Assembly (NCBI RefSeq): GCF_026210795.1
Contig: NC_089431.1
Span: forward strand, 2,418,001-2,482,000
Direction: 5' to 3'
DNA: 64,000 nt
Source: Rhizophagus irregularis
Lineage: Eukaryota
Shown: in pieces, positions 1-10,508 of the stretch
Layout: each line of letters begins with the position of its first letter
Position numbering within the stretch: position 1 is the stretch's first letter
Notes under the pieces: generated by a model
Databases searched by the model: none
What the model was told of the DNA's origin: nothing
The model's input: the letters and a program-made list of their open reading frames with translations, nothing else
Position numbers and translations under genes: made by a program

Positions 1-2312
1 ATATCAAGTTATAATAATTAAGGAATTTTTTTTATAATAATAAACAATGAGTTAAAAATTTTAATGTTACAATAATGAATTTATTGATGCGAATATATAC
101 AAATTAAATCATTTATTTAAAAAGATTTGAAGCGATATCAGGCCCAAATATCTGAGGCTGTTATTTCCTGAAGTGATCTTCTTGACGTTTTCGCACTTTC
201 TTTAACTTGGCCAAATTTTCTTTTGAAATTTTATCTAATGACAAGATGACAAACAGAGTTTTGACTGTTTCGTTCCTTTAATTGAAAACGAGGTTATATG
301 ATTTATAAATACCATTGTATTATATTTCACATCCAATTAGATGTGTGGCTTTAACTATTCTGTACTTAAAAAAAGCATATTAAGATTAAGAACATGACTT
401 TATTAGCAAAGTTACGAGGCCATTTTGTGTGTTAATAATAAAATACCTAATATTTAAACCAAAAATCTTCTTTATTACAGTACTGTTTAATAGTTATTTT
501 ATTTTTTAATATACTGTATATTGGGTTATTATCATATTCTCTATTAACTATAAGCAAATATATTGTTATATTAAAATTTAAAATGAATTTTATTGTCGGC
601 TATGAATACGTTTTATATCCAACTGGGCTAATTCAAACCTTAAATTTATATTAAAAATTATGCTATTTCTATTAAAAAATATTAATTTATATTGTGTGAC
701 GCCATTTAAAATAGCATAATAACCAACTTACTAGCGAATTTATTCCGTACTTGTTGTAAATTGTAATATATTTTTTATTTTAAAATCCCTTGTAAATAAA
801 ATATATGTTAGCGAAGTTAGCGAAAGATAAATTTAATGGATGATTAGATGATTAGAGTTCACTCATTTTGAGCATCTCCCTGCGGCACGCCCCTACTTTG
901 TTCGATTTTTTAGTATTCACTTTTCGGATAACTAAAAAAAAAATATATCTGATATATATTCTTTTTACTGTTAAATTATATTTACAAAATCATTAATTAT
1001 GAAAAAAAGTTTTTAGATTTATAGACAGGGATTTTCCTCCTGTTTAATTAAATTAAAAATATTTTTTTATTTTTTTTTTTGCGTATTAAGAAAAATCTAT
1101 AATTTTTTCGGTGATTAAAAATAAAAATAAAAAGTAAGCCATAAGTTTATTTGTATCGTGGGAAATATATAACTGAAATATATTATTTACGCGCAAGGAC
1201 AACGCTATATTATTAACCAATCTTTTTTTTTGTAACTTACGATATTGTATTGTTTATTAATAAAAAAAGGTTATATATAAAATCGTGACATCTGATTGGT
1301 TGACTTTTAAAAGGGTAAAGAATTTATATACTTACCAATAAAATTACGTCCTGATCACGTGATAAACTTTTTATATATAAACTTTTTTTTAATGAAAATT
1401 TAATCAAATCATCACATGATAATTAATAAGCCAATTATAATTGAGAATTTGGGACTATGTATTTTAAACATCTCATTATAAATGCTATCTTCATTTTCAG
1501 AGAAATCAAAATCTGATTGAGAAAAATCTGATTCAAAAACATTATTATCCAGTTTTAATGTTTTGAGCAAGTCCCTGCAGTTTTTTTCTTGTTGTTTTGA
1601 CAACTATCAGAGATCTATTAATATAGAAATTGTATCATTGTACAAATTTTTCATAGTCACAATTTTTAATTTTATAGTAAAATTGAATCGATATAACTTT
1701 TTAAATATTTATTTATATAAAAAATTATCTGGTAGTTATCATTTTTATTGGATAAAATTTTAAATTTAGTTTGAATTTTTTTATGTTTTAATAAATTTTT
1801 GTCACTTGTCGATTATAGAAGTTACGCACTGTATAATTAAACATCTGATAATTGAAGAATTAGTTCGATAAATTCATAATTTTTTAATTTTTTGTCCCGC
1901 GGCTCATCATACACGAGTCAAAGTGAAAAAGAAGTCATGATTACGTAAAAACTCACATAATGAAGTTATAATTCTACTCGATGCTATGTAATTCGCATCG
2001 ACCGAAATTAGACTTAAATCGAGCCGATGACATTTGGTACTGGCACGTCGATCACTTACGAAAAGTGATTATCACGAGCATAGTAAATGACCTCAAGTTT
2101 AACTTCAAAGCGAGGTGGAGTGCACGCAAACGTTAATGGCTGTGCCCACTCATTGTGCCTGATGGCTGATACTAGACCTTCTGAACTACGTTAAAATGAA
2201 ATTTTTTAGGATCTACTATGTACGATTTTTTGTAATCTGTAAAATAAAAAGAGGACATGTAACCGAATAACCGATCTGTTTTTAGTCGTTTCGATCGATT
2301 TCGTAAAATCCA

Positions 2313-2581
2313 ATTTGACATACCTTATACAATATCATAGTAGGATTTATGTATTTATGTTTCATCTACTGTATAAAATATTTTAAATATAAATTTAAAA
2401 ATTTTATTCATGGAGTTTATATTGACGAATAGAAAATGTTCGATTATATCACACAATGCATTGTTCTAATTAAAGTTTATCGTTATTCGTTAATGCGAAT
2501 AAAATTGTAATATTTTACATACATTTAAAACAGACATAAATATATAATATTTACTAAAATATTGTATAAGGTATGTCAAAT
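2313..2581. mobile_element. MITE-like element with 23-bp perfect terminal inverted repeat
   Basis: atttgacataccttatacaatat (2313-2335) is the exact reverse complement of atattgtataaggtatgtcaaat (2559-2581). The interior is AT-rich and non-coding. No clear TSD. Confidence 0.6.
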
Positions 2582-2988
2582 CGAGTAATAAATCATCCTA
2601 ATTAAAAAGAAAATTGGTTACTATCGCTATATATGATAACAGACAATAGAGTTCTAATAAATAAATATACAGCATATCAAAATAAATAAAAAATAAAAAA
2701 ATCAAACTATAATATTATCAACTTCCTTAACTCACTATCTTTTAAAAAAAAGGATTTAGTTAATAATTTGAACTTTCACTTGATCCTGAATGCTATCATT
2801 AATCGTTTTTCTGCTCTTTATAAAAAAATAAAATGTGAAACTATTACAATAACCTAGATTATCTATATAGCACCTCCCTAACAACCATTATGACTTTATG
2901 ACATGATTGTCGCCTCGAAAAAAAAATATAAAAAAAGGTATAAAAAAATCACCAATACTACATACAGGAGTAGAAAAACAGCATCATA

Positions 2989-5199
2989 TTATCCTATTTT
3001 CACCTTTGCTGGATTAACATACCCATCTATCCCTATAATACCAGAATCTTTAATATGTAATTCCTTTAATTTAGTTAATTTTTTCAAAGATACAAATGAA
3101 CCTGTAAAGTTATTGGAAAAATTTTCATTATAATTCCCTAAAGATAGAACCTCTAAGTTTACAAAATCTTTCAAAAACTCTAAGCCATTATTTTGGATAT
3201 TATTGTTGGAAATATCCAAATGAACAAGCTTTCGAGGATAAGGAATATTTTTTAAAAAACTAATGGCATTTAAATGATTATAAGCTAGGGTTATTTTTTT
3301 TAGGTTTTTGTTATTCATTAATTTCAAGGAAATCAACTTATTTTCTATACAATGCAATAATTCCAAATTAGAACAACCACTCACATTCAACTCAGTCAAT
3401 TTGCTTTTCAAATATTCACCATCAATTATCAGTCTCTTTAAATTAGGATATTTTTGTAAATTCAATTTCCCTCCGACAATGCCTTCAATAGGATTTTCAT
3501 AAAAATCAATTGCAATCTCTTCTACTCTTCTTTTATTTTCCTCGGTTGGATATAATTGGTCCAAATATTGTTGTATACTTAAATATTTTGATGATGGTGA
3601 TTTTTTCCGTTCATATACTTGATTCTTCAATTTGATAATTTCTTCATTTTTATTTAAAATGTTAACCAACCTATTAAAACCACCTTTTGCCTTCAATTTT
3701 TGTTGCAAATCTTTTTTTTCTTGCATAGCTCCAACATTACCAACCTTTGAAACCTTTTCCTGAGTACTTAATAGCATTTCCAATAAAATTTGGGCTTCGT
3801 TATCAAAACTTATATTCTCCTTTAACTGTTTCAACTTAAGAGTTTTTTCTCCAATCCTCATAGTCAAATCAATCTTATTCCATTCTTTAAAACTTATAGA
3901 ATTATCATCACCCTCCACAGATGAAATGGAATCATCATCATTTTTAAGTTTGAATTTCTTTAATAGCTGCTCCTCGCGTAATAATTCCTCTACACTACTT
4001 TTACTTCTAATATCGATATCTTTTAATCCAATAATTGTAGAGTATTTAATAATCTCTTGTTGAAGTTGTTTTCTTTCATTTATTTCTAGTTCTCCAGATA
4101 AAATTAGTGATCTTGTAATCCATTCCTTTTCTTCTAATAAATTATTGATTTCAATTTTAGATAATTGGCCCGCTAGTTTCCTTTTTAAAGTTCCTAATTC
4201 ATTTTTTAATTTTTTTAATTCTGATTCCTCTTCACTCGAATAACCTCCCAAATCAGCCTTGGAAATTTCCTTCTGAACATTAAGCAACCTATCCAAATAT
4301 TCTTTTTCTTCATCATCTAGTCTATCCTTAAATTTACTAATAGACTCAGATAATTTCGAATCCCTTTCTTCTAAATCCTTATTTACTAGTTTTCCCGCCT
4401 CTATTTTTTCCTTCAACTCAATTAATTCCTCCAATTTCTTTGAAAGCAATTGTTTCTCATCAGGTGAATTAGATGAAAAAAATCCATTGAAATAATTCTT
4501 AATACTGTAGCCAATTTTAGTTAAGCCAAGTTTAGTTAATAACGAACCAATTTCTTTTTTCAGCGAGTTGAATTTATTCTTTATGCTTTTTGAAGTCATT
4601 GGCTTATAATTATTCATCATGCATTCTTTTTCCAACATGTATTCAAACAACTTATTTCGACTCTTTTCAGCATGAGAATTATCTACATGAATAATTCTTC
4701 CTTCTGATAGCATTTTCTCAATATCTTTATATTTATCTTTACTGGATTTAATTAATGCTTCAGTATCACTTTTACACGCATTACCATCTTCAAAATCAGG
4801 AAAATGTGTCCGTACAATAGTAGTATAATCAAAAACTTTATCATCAAAAAGATAGGAACTAAACCACCTAAAATCATCTATTTCGTTCTTAGTAAATCTT
4901 TTATCTACTACAAGTAGAATTTGTAATATGCCTTCACAAATATAATTGTCAACCTCCTTTCTGAATTCAGCTAATAATTCTTCCTTTTCATCCAGTGTTG
5001 TGTCTTGAAAACCGACAGTATCTATTACTCGATAATTTATTTGATTTCTTGTAAATTCTTTTGCTTTTGCTTCTTTAGTTACACTAACACTACTTGCACT
5101 TGCCTCAAAATACTTTGTTCCACTTATCACATTAGCCAAGGTTGATTTGCCAGCACCTGTTCTGCCAACCAATAGAATATTTTTGATTTCTTTTGCCAT
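2989..5199 (-). CDS. AIG1/GIMAP-family GTPase with coiled-coil middle and C-terminal leucine-rich repeats (736 aa, intronless)
   Basis: P-loop G1 is GRTGAGKS, followed by the AIG1-type SASSVSVT/G2 and G3 (VIDTVG). A long charged helical region follows. C-terminal LxxLxLxxNxL repeats: LTELNVSGCSNL, LKKITLAYNHL, LVHLDISNNNI, LEVLSLGNY. Confidence 0.9.
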   Translation of the reverse strand: MAKEIKNILLVGRTGAGKSTLANVISGTKYFEASASSVSVTKEAKAKEFTRNQINYRVIDTVGFQDTTLDEKEELLAEFRKEVDNYICEGILQILLVVDKRFTKNEIDDFRWFSSYLFDDKVFDYTTIVRTHFPDFEDGNACKSDTEALIKSSKDKYKDIEKMLSEGRIIHVDNSHAEKSRNKLFEYMLEKECMMNNYKPMTSKSIKNKFNSLKKEIGSLLTKLGLTKIGYSIKNYFNGFFSSNSPDEKQLLSKKLEELIELKEKIEAGKLVNKDLEERDSKLSESISKFKDRLDDEEKEYLDRLLNVQKEISKADLGGYSSEEESELKKLKNELGTLKRKLAGQLSKIEINNLLEEKEWITRSLILSGELEINERKQLQQEIIKYSTIIGLKDIDIRSKSSVEELLREEQLLKKFKLKNDDDSISSVEGDDNSISFKEWNKIDLTMRIGEKTLKLKQLKENISFDNEAQILLEMLLSTQEKVSKVGNVGAMQEKKDLQQKLKAKGGFNRLVNILNKNEEIIKLKNQVYERKKSPSSKYLSIQQYLDQLYPTEENKRRVEEIAIDFYENPIEGIVGGKLNLQKYPNLKRLIIDGEYLKSKLTELNVSGCSNLELLHCIENKLISLKLMNNKNLKKITLAYNHLNAISFLKNIPYPRKLVHLDISNNNIQNNGLEFLKDFVNLEVLSLGNYNENFSNNFTGSFVSLKKLTKLKELHIKDSGIIGIDGYVNPAKVKIG

Positions 5200-5772
5200 G
5201 ATATAGTGTAATAAAAAAAAAAATTTTTTTTTTTATTTAAGTGAATTTAACAATTTAACAAAAATTTTCTTTTTTATAAATAATTTATTGCTATGACTGC
5301 GCGACATAGCCTGTTATTCAGCAAGATTTCTATCTAAAAATTTTATTAGAATTAAAGTTATTCAAGTGCAGAATCACGAGCAATTTTTTTATTTAGAAGT
5401 TCCTATTACAGAAAAGAAATTACGCCAAATTATCAGTGTCACAATGATTAGACTCATTACATAATATTTATGATTGCCTTGTTCTGTCGTACATAATGGG
5501 TTTCTTTGTTTGTCGAACACACCGAACACACGAACACACTATGAACACATAAAAAATTATGAGAACTTGAAGTATACACGCATAATTTTACATTAAAACT
5601 ATTTTTGTCATTTTTAGATATGAAAAATATTTGAAAAATGCCGATATTTATATCGAACACACAACCGAACACACCGATTAAATTATTAATACTCATTAGA
5701 TAAATTAAATTGTTTGTTAATAATATACATATAGTTAATAAATACAGACTATATGTAAATATTGTATTTAAT

Positions 5773-6039
5773 ACTGTATGATTAAGAAATATTTCAAATG
5801 AGGTTTAATTGTTCGAATCGCCCCAATAAAAAAAATAGCCAAAGCAAATTTAGAGAATACAACGAAATTGATTATGCATATTATACGGTAAGTTAGTAAT
5901 ATTCTGATTATCATCACGGCTGGCGGTATAATATGCATAATCAATTTCGTTGTATTATCTAAATTTGTTTTAGCTATTTTTTTTATTGGGGCGATTCGAA
6001 CAATTAAATCTCATTTGAAATATTTCTTAATCATATAGT
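5773..6039. mobile_element. Foldback/MITE: ~114-bp inverted arms with ~40-bp spacer
   Basis: actgtatgattaagaaatatttcaaatgag...gattatgcatattatac (5773-5886) pairs with gtataatatgcataatc...ctcatttgaaatatttcttaatcatatagt (5926-6039), with few mismatches. Confidence 0.75.
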
Positions 6040-6701
6040 TAGGGATGGTTAGGTCGGTCCTGGTCCGGTCCTGGTCCCGGGACCTATAAGTCCTATTGAA
6101 CGGACCTAGTCCCAGGACCTGATCCTGAACCAAGTTATTTATAGAATTTATGGATCTAGTGATAACTAAATATAAAAAAAGGGAGTTGGAGTATTGGGAT
6201 TCACTTTTTTATATTGATTCTATATAAAAAAGTGAGTTGCGGTATTGGAATTCACTTTTTTATATTGATTTTATATAAAAAAAAAGTGAGTTGCAGATAT
6301 ATATATATATATTATTGCGATTCACTTTTTTATATTGATTTTATATAAAAAAAAGTGAGTTGCAGATATATATATATATATTATTGCGATTCACCTTTTT
6401 ATATTGATTTTTATATAAAAAAAGTGAATTGCAGTATTGCGATTCACCTTTTTATATGATTTTAATATAAAAATATGAATCGCAATATCGTAACTCACTT
6501 TTTTTATATGATTTTAATTATATAATTTTATATAGATCTCTTATGACCTGTATATTTAATGTTTGATTTCTATCTAATATATATTGATACTTTATTGGCT
6601 AGGATTTTTTAGGAACTGGTCCCAAAATTTGGACAAAGATCTGCAGACTAGGTCCTGGGACCAGGTCTTTAGGTCCAGGACCTAGGACTTTACCATCCCT
6701 A
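6040..6701. mobile_element. Non-autonomous hAT-like element with internal ~55-65 bp palindromic tandem repeats
   Basis: Termini are TAGGGATGGT...ACCATCCCTA, with GGTCC/GGACC subterminal motifs at both ends. Internal units are aaaaaagtgagttgc...ttcactttttt (6170-6510). An 8-bp TSD is not recognisable. Confidence 0.7.
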
Positions 6702-7849
6702 ATTATACATGACACAAACCAAATATAGAGATTACAACGAAATTTATTATTTTACACGACACACTGGAAAATTTGCGCCCGCCAGTCACTACGTAAAATT
6801 CATAGCCCACTTGCCTTCAAACTTTTATGCGATGCAATGTTAGTATGTTACTGCATGTAAAAAATTTTTTCATGTGCTGTAGATAAAATTTTGGGAGATT
6901 CCTTACTCTTCAATAATACCAAAATATAATTATTGTTTAGAAATATCCCAATAGAATAATATGTTTTAAATATAATTTATGAACTTAATAATATGAATAA
7001 AATGACCTAGATTTAATTATTATTTACTTTAAAATGAATTCATTTTGTTTTCATGTTCAAATATCACAAACAATTGTATAAATAAATTATTTTATCCTGC
7101 ATGTACAACTATTAAGTGCAAAGAAACTAACAAGCATTATCATAAATTATGCAAGAAATGCTTAGAAATAATGAAGATTAAAGTCATAAAAATTTTATAA
7201 TTAAAAGCTTTAAAATGATTTAAAGGGTCATTTTGCTGAAATTAGAACTACTATATTAGAAATTTAAAAACGAGTTAATAGATTATGATTTAAATTTACA
7301 TAAAGAGTTTATGAAACTAGAATACGAGATTAGAACGACTGAATGAATTAGAAAATTATTTTAAAAAGTATAATGAAATAATTTTAAGATAGAATTACAA
7401 AATAGAACTATTATTTTGTGTGAAATCTCGTAATGTAGTTTATTATACATAATCATAGTGAACATAATAACCAATCAATTACTGATATTATCACATGATA
7501 ATTATACATCGCGTAATGATATTTAATTTCAAATTTACGGTATATTAAAATTTTATACAAAAAAAAGAGATTTATAATATTATTGTTAAAAAATATTTAG
7601 AGACATTTAAATATAATAAAATTTAAATACTAAACATTAATGTACTTGGTTAAATAACTTTCTTAGTTCTTAAGACCAGTTCTTATTAAAAAAAAAAATA
7701 ATCTATGTATTGATTTAATACCTGTAATTAAAATTTTGCTATTCAATCTGATGCTAATGAACAGGAAAAAGTGAACAAATAGTGAAATTGCAAATACAGT
7801 ATTATGAAAACAATAATTATAATTGCATACTCATACAATACCGATGCTT

Positions 7850-8330
7850 CGCTGTAAATTGTTATCCCTGAGTAAATGGAATATAGAGAACAAGCTTAGT
7901 AAAAGCTGAAAAATAATTTAATCCTCTGTCAAATATTTCAAGCGATTTAGTAAGATTCTCACATTCTTCAATTTTACACTTTTCTTTTTCAGTTATAGAA
8001 AGATTTCTTTAATAAGAATCGACAAAATTAATTTTTATTTCAATTAAGACTTTAAACATTACTTCATTATCTAGTTTTTAAGATCCAATTCACTATTTTC
8101 TCCAAGATTATTCCAGTAAGATTCCATATCCTTCCATAGTTTAATAGTGTATTCAATAACTTTCTCATAAAAGCTAGGATGCGATTCTGATAGATCAGTT
8201 GTCTGAAATCTTTTTTTGATCAAAAATCGGCAAAATTTATGCCTCATTACATCAAAAAAATGTGTCATCACGCCGTTTCATCTTTCCATGAACAATCCGT
8301 TCACGTTCAACCACCCATTCAATCATCTTT
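7850..8330 (-). pseudogene. Degraded coding remnant of unknown family
   Basis: ORF 8071-8271 (HKFCRFLIKKRF...IEYTIKLWKDMESYW) continues downstream as protein-like fragments with stops and frameshifts (EECENLTKSLEIFDRGLNYFSAF). Confidence 0.3.
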
Positions 8331-8830
8331 CTTCGAACCAACCGCTCAACACATTATCGATTTGTGGAATCAACCTTAAAAGTCGTTTATTTATATTTAA
8401 ACCTATTACGGAAATGATTGGGTGCCATCACGTGTAAATATTTAAAATTTATGTATTATTTATTTTATTTTTCAAAAAAAAAAAAATTGTAACATGTTTG
8501 TCACAAAAGTTTTTCACCCTCCCATTTTAGAATAATAAATTTCACCTAACTTTATAATCAAATAATGATAAGATTTTATTTAAATTTTTTTTTTTTTAAA
8601 TTGTGGTATAAACAAAAGTTCAATTTCTTACAACTATATTGTCACGTTAAAAACTTAGAAATCAAGACCCATTAGACTTCATAATGATTTCGCTCAGAAT
8701 GTAATTTTTTTTTTTTTTTTTGATATAGTTCCATTTTATCGGTTGTAACAAAGATGATCATGTAACGCAATTGAGATAATAAACAAATGGGGTAAAATTG
8801 TTGTTTTTTTACCATAAATTTAGCGGTAAG

Positions 8831-9263
8831 ACGAAATGGTGTAGAGTAGCCGTAGTGTGTAAAATCTATGTGCACAAGGTGCATATGTGCATATTAGTTT
8901 TTAAGTGTGCACAGTTACACAACAAAAAATGTGCACAAATTATTACTAAAAATAGATAAATTATATATAAAAAAGGCAATTTTAGATAAGGATTTGTTAT
9001 GATTTCTTAATTTAGTAATAAATCTATCAACTTGTGCACATGACTTTTGGTTCAGATCTTACACACTGAGAGTAGGGCCCCCGTGGTGAGTAGAGTATTG
9101 TGACATTTGGCAGTGTGTAACATAAAGGGTGAGAAACATACGCAAGTGATGAATAGACACCCAGCCAAACCGCTGGGCCGAGGTGTTTATTTATCACTTG
9201 AGTATAATGTCACATCCTCGTTATACTCTACTCACCACGGGGCACTACTCTACACCTTTTCGT
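8831..9263. mobile_element. GC-rich foldback element interrupted by a nested insertion
   Basis: 8831-8849 acgaaatggtgtagagtag pairs with 9245-9263. 9079-9098 pairs perfectly with 9223-9242. 9143-9161 pairs with 9182-9200. Confidence 0.6.
8853..9068. mobile_element. Small hAT-like MITE nested in the foldback
   Basis: Termini tagtgtgtaaaatct / agatcttacacactg match at 13 of 15 positions. Repeated tgtgcac motifs lie inside. agagtag occurs on both sides (8843, 9069), resembling a degenerate TSD. Confidence 0.55.
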
Positions 9264-10508
9264 AGCACTCTCAAGGCATTTTTAATCGGGTTGTCTATTT
9301 ATTTCACGTATTTTCTCAGAGAATTGAAGGATGGTAAGCTACAAAACGATCAAAACCAACAAAAGAGCTGGTTACGATCAAGTTGTCAAATAGCAAGTAC
9401 CATGGGTAACAATCGACATCTGACCGAACTTGTTCATAGCATTAATGGCAGAGATTATAAATAGTTGTCAATTTTCGTTTTTCTTTTTCTTTTTTATTTA
9501 AAAAAAAAAAAATTTATATAAGGTTGTCACTAAAATTCTAAAAAAAATTTATACATTTGTACACTAACGATACGCATTTAAAATGACGAAAAAACCTTAC
9601 TATCCTGGTTTTTTTTATTTTATTTGTTGATTTTTTTTTTAAAAACACTTAAAATCAGAAAATATATATTTTAATAATATATATATACATATATATTAAT
9701 TATATATATGTATTTTTCAGAGAGCTGCTATTAAATTTTTTACCTTTTTTTAAGAAAAAAAAATTCCTAGATTATTGAAATTGTCCCTAATTGTTCTCTC
9801 TTTTTTTTTTTAAAAAAAAAAAGAATAAAAGCATTCAGGTTTCAAAATTTTTCATCCATAAAAATTATAAATATAAAAAAATAAAAGAAAAAAAACCATA
9901 AAAAAAATACATAAAAATTGATAATGATATAATGTGAAATAGATAAGATATGATAAAAATAAAATGGAAAAAAGGAAAAATAAATGCTTAATTATTAAAC
10001 AAAAACTGAAAAATATTCCAACAAAAAAAAAAATGCAAAAGGAATATGCAAAAGGAATATGCAAAAGTATCATGAAAAATTGAAAAGAATATTACAATTG
10101 GAAAATAATGAAAAAAAATGCAAATTTTCAGTGTTTTGTAAGAAAGAAAAACAAATAAAATGTATATTTCGAGTAAAAAATAAAAGGGGGGTGAAAATCC
10201 CGTATGCAAAATAAATTGTAAATTAATAGTGGCAGTAATAATTAGAAACATAAAAAAATACTTTTTTTTTTTTTAATTAAAGTTCATTTTTTGTTTTGCT
10301 ATTTCTTTTTATAAAAGAAAAGTTTTAAACAATAAAAACAATTTGGGAAGAACACGAAAACTAAACTAAAATATCTTTTTTTTTTTTTGTGAAAATTGAA
10401 TTAAAGGTGATCTAAAAAATTCATGTTCATTCTCTTAAATCATAAAAAGTTTTTTTTTTTTTTTTAATACCTAAAATACATTGTTAAAAAATTTTTAAAA
10501 AAATTAAA

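Noticed and set aside
120..300. Short minus-strand coding-like stretch (LDKISKENLAKLKKVRKRQEDHFRK*)
   Set aside because: Too short, with no supported exon structure or recognisable family.
1412..1763. Overlapping short ORFs on both strands
   Set aside because: Low complexity with no motif. At most a decayed fragment.
1890..2200. GC-richer patch, possible ncRNA
   Set aside because: No tRNA, snRNA or rRNA signature and no convincing stem found by eye.
6170..6510. Palindromic repeats resembling a CRISPR array
   Set aside because: The intervening sequences are repeated rather than unique, the context is eukaryotic, there are no cas genes, and it lies inside a hAT-like element.
9852..10251. Hydrophobic F/I/L-rich ORFs
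   Set aside because: Artefacts of poly-A/T tracts in the CEP104 3' region.
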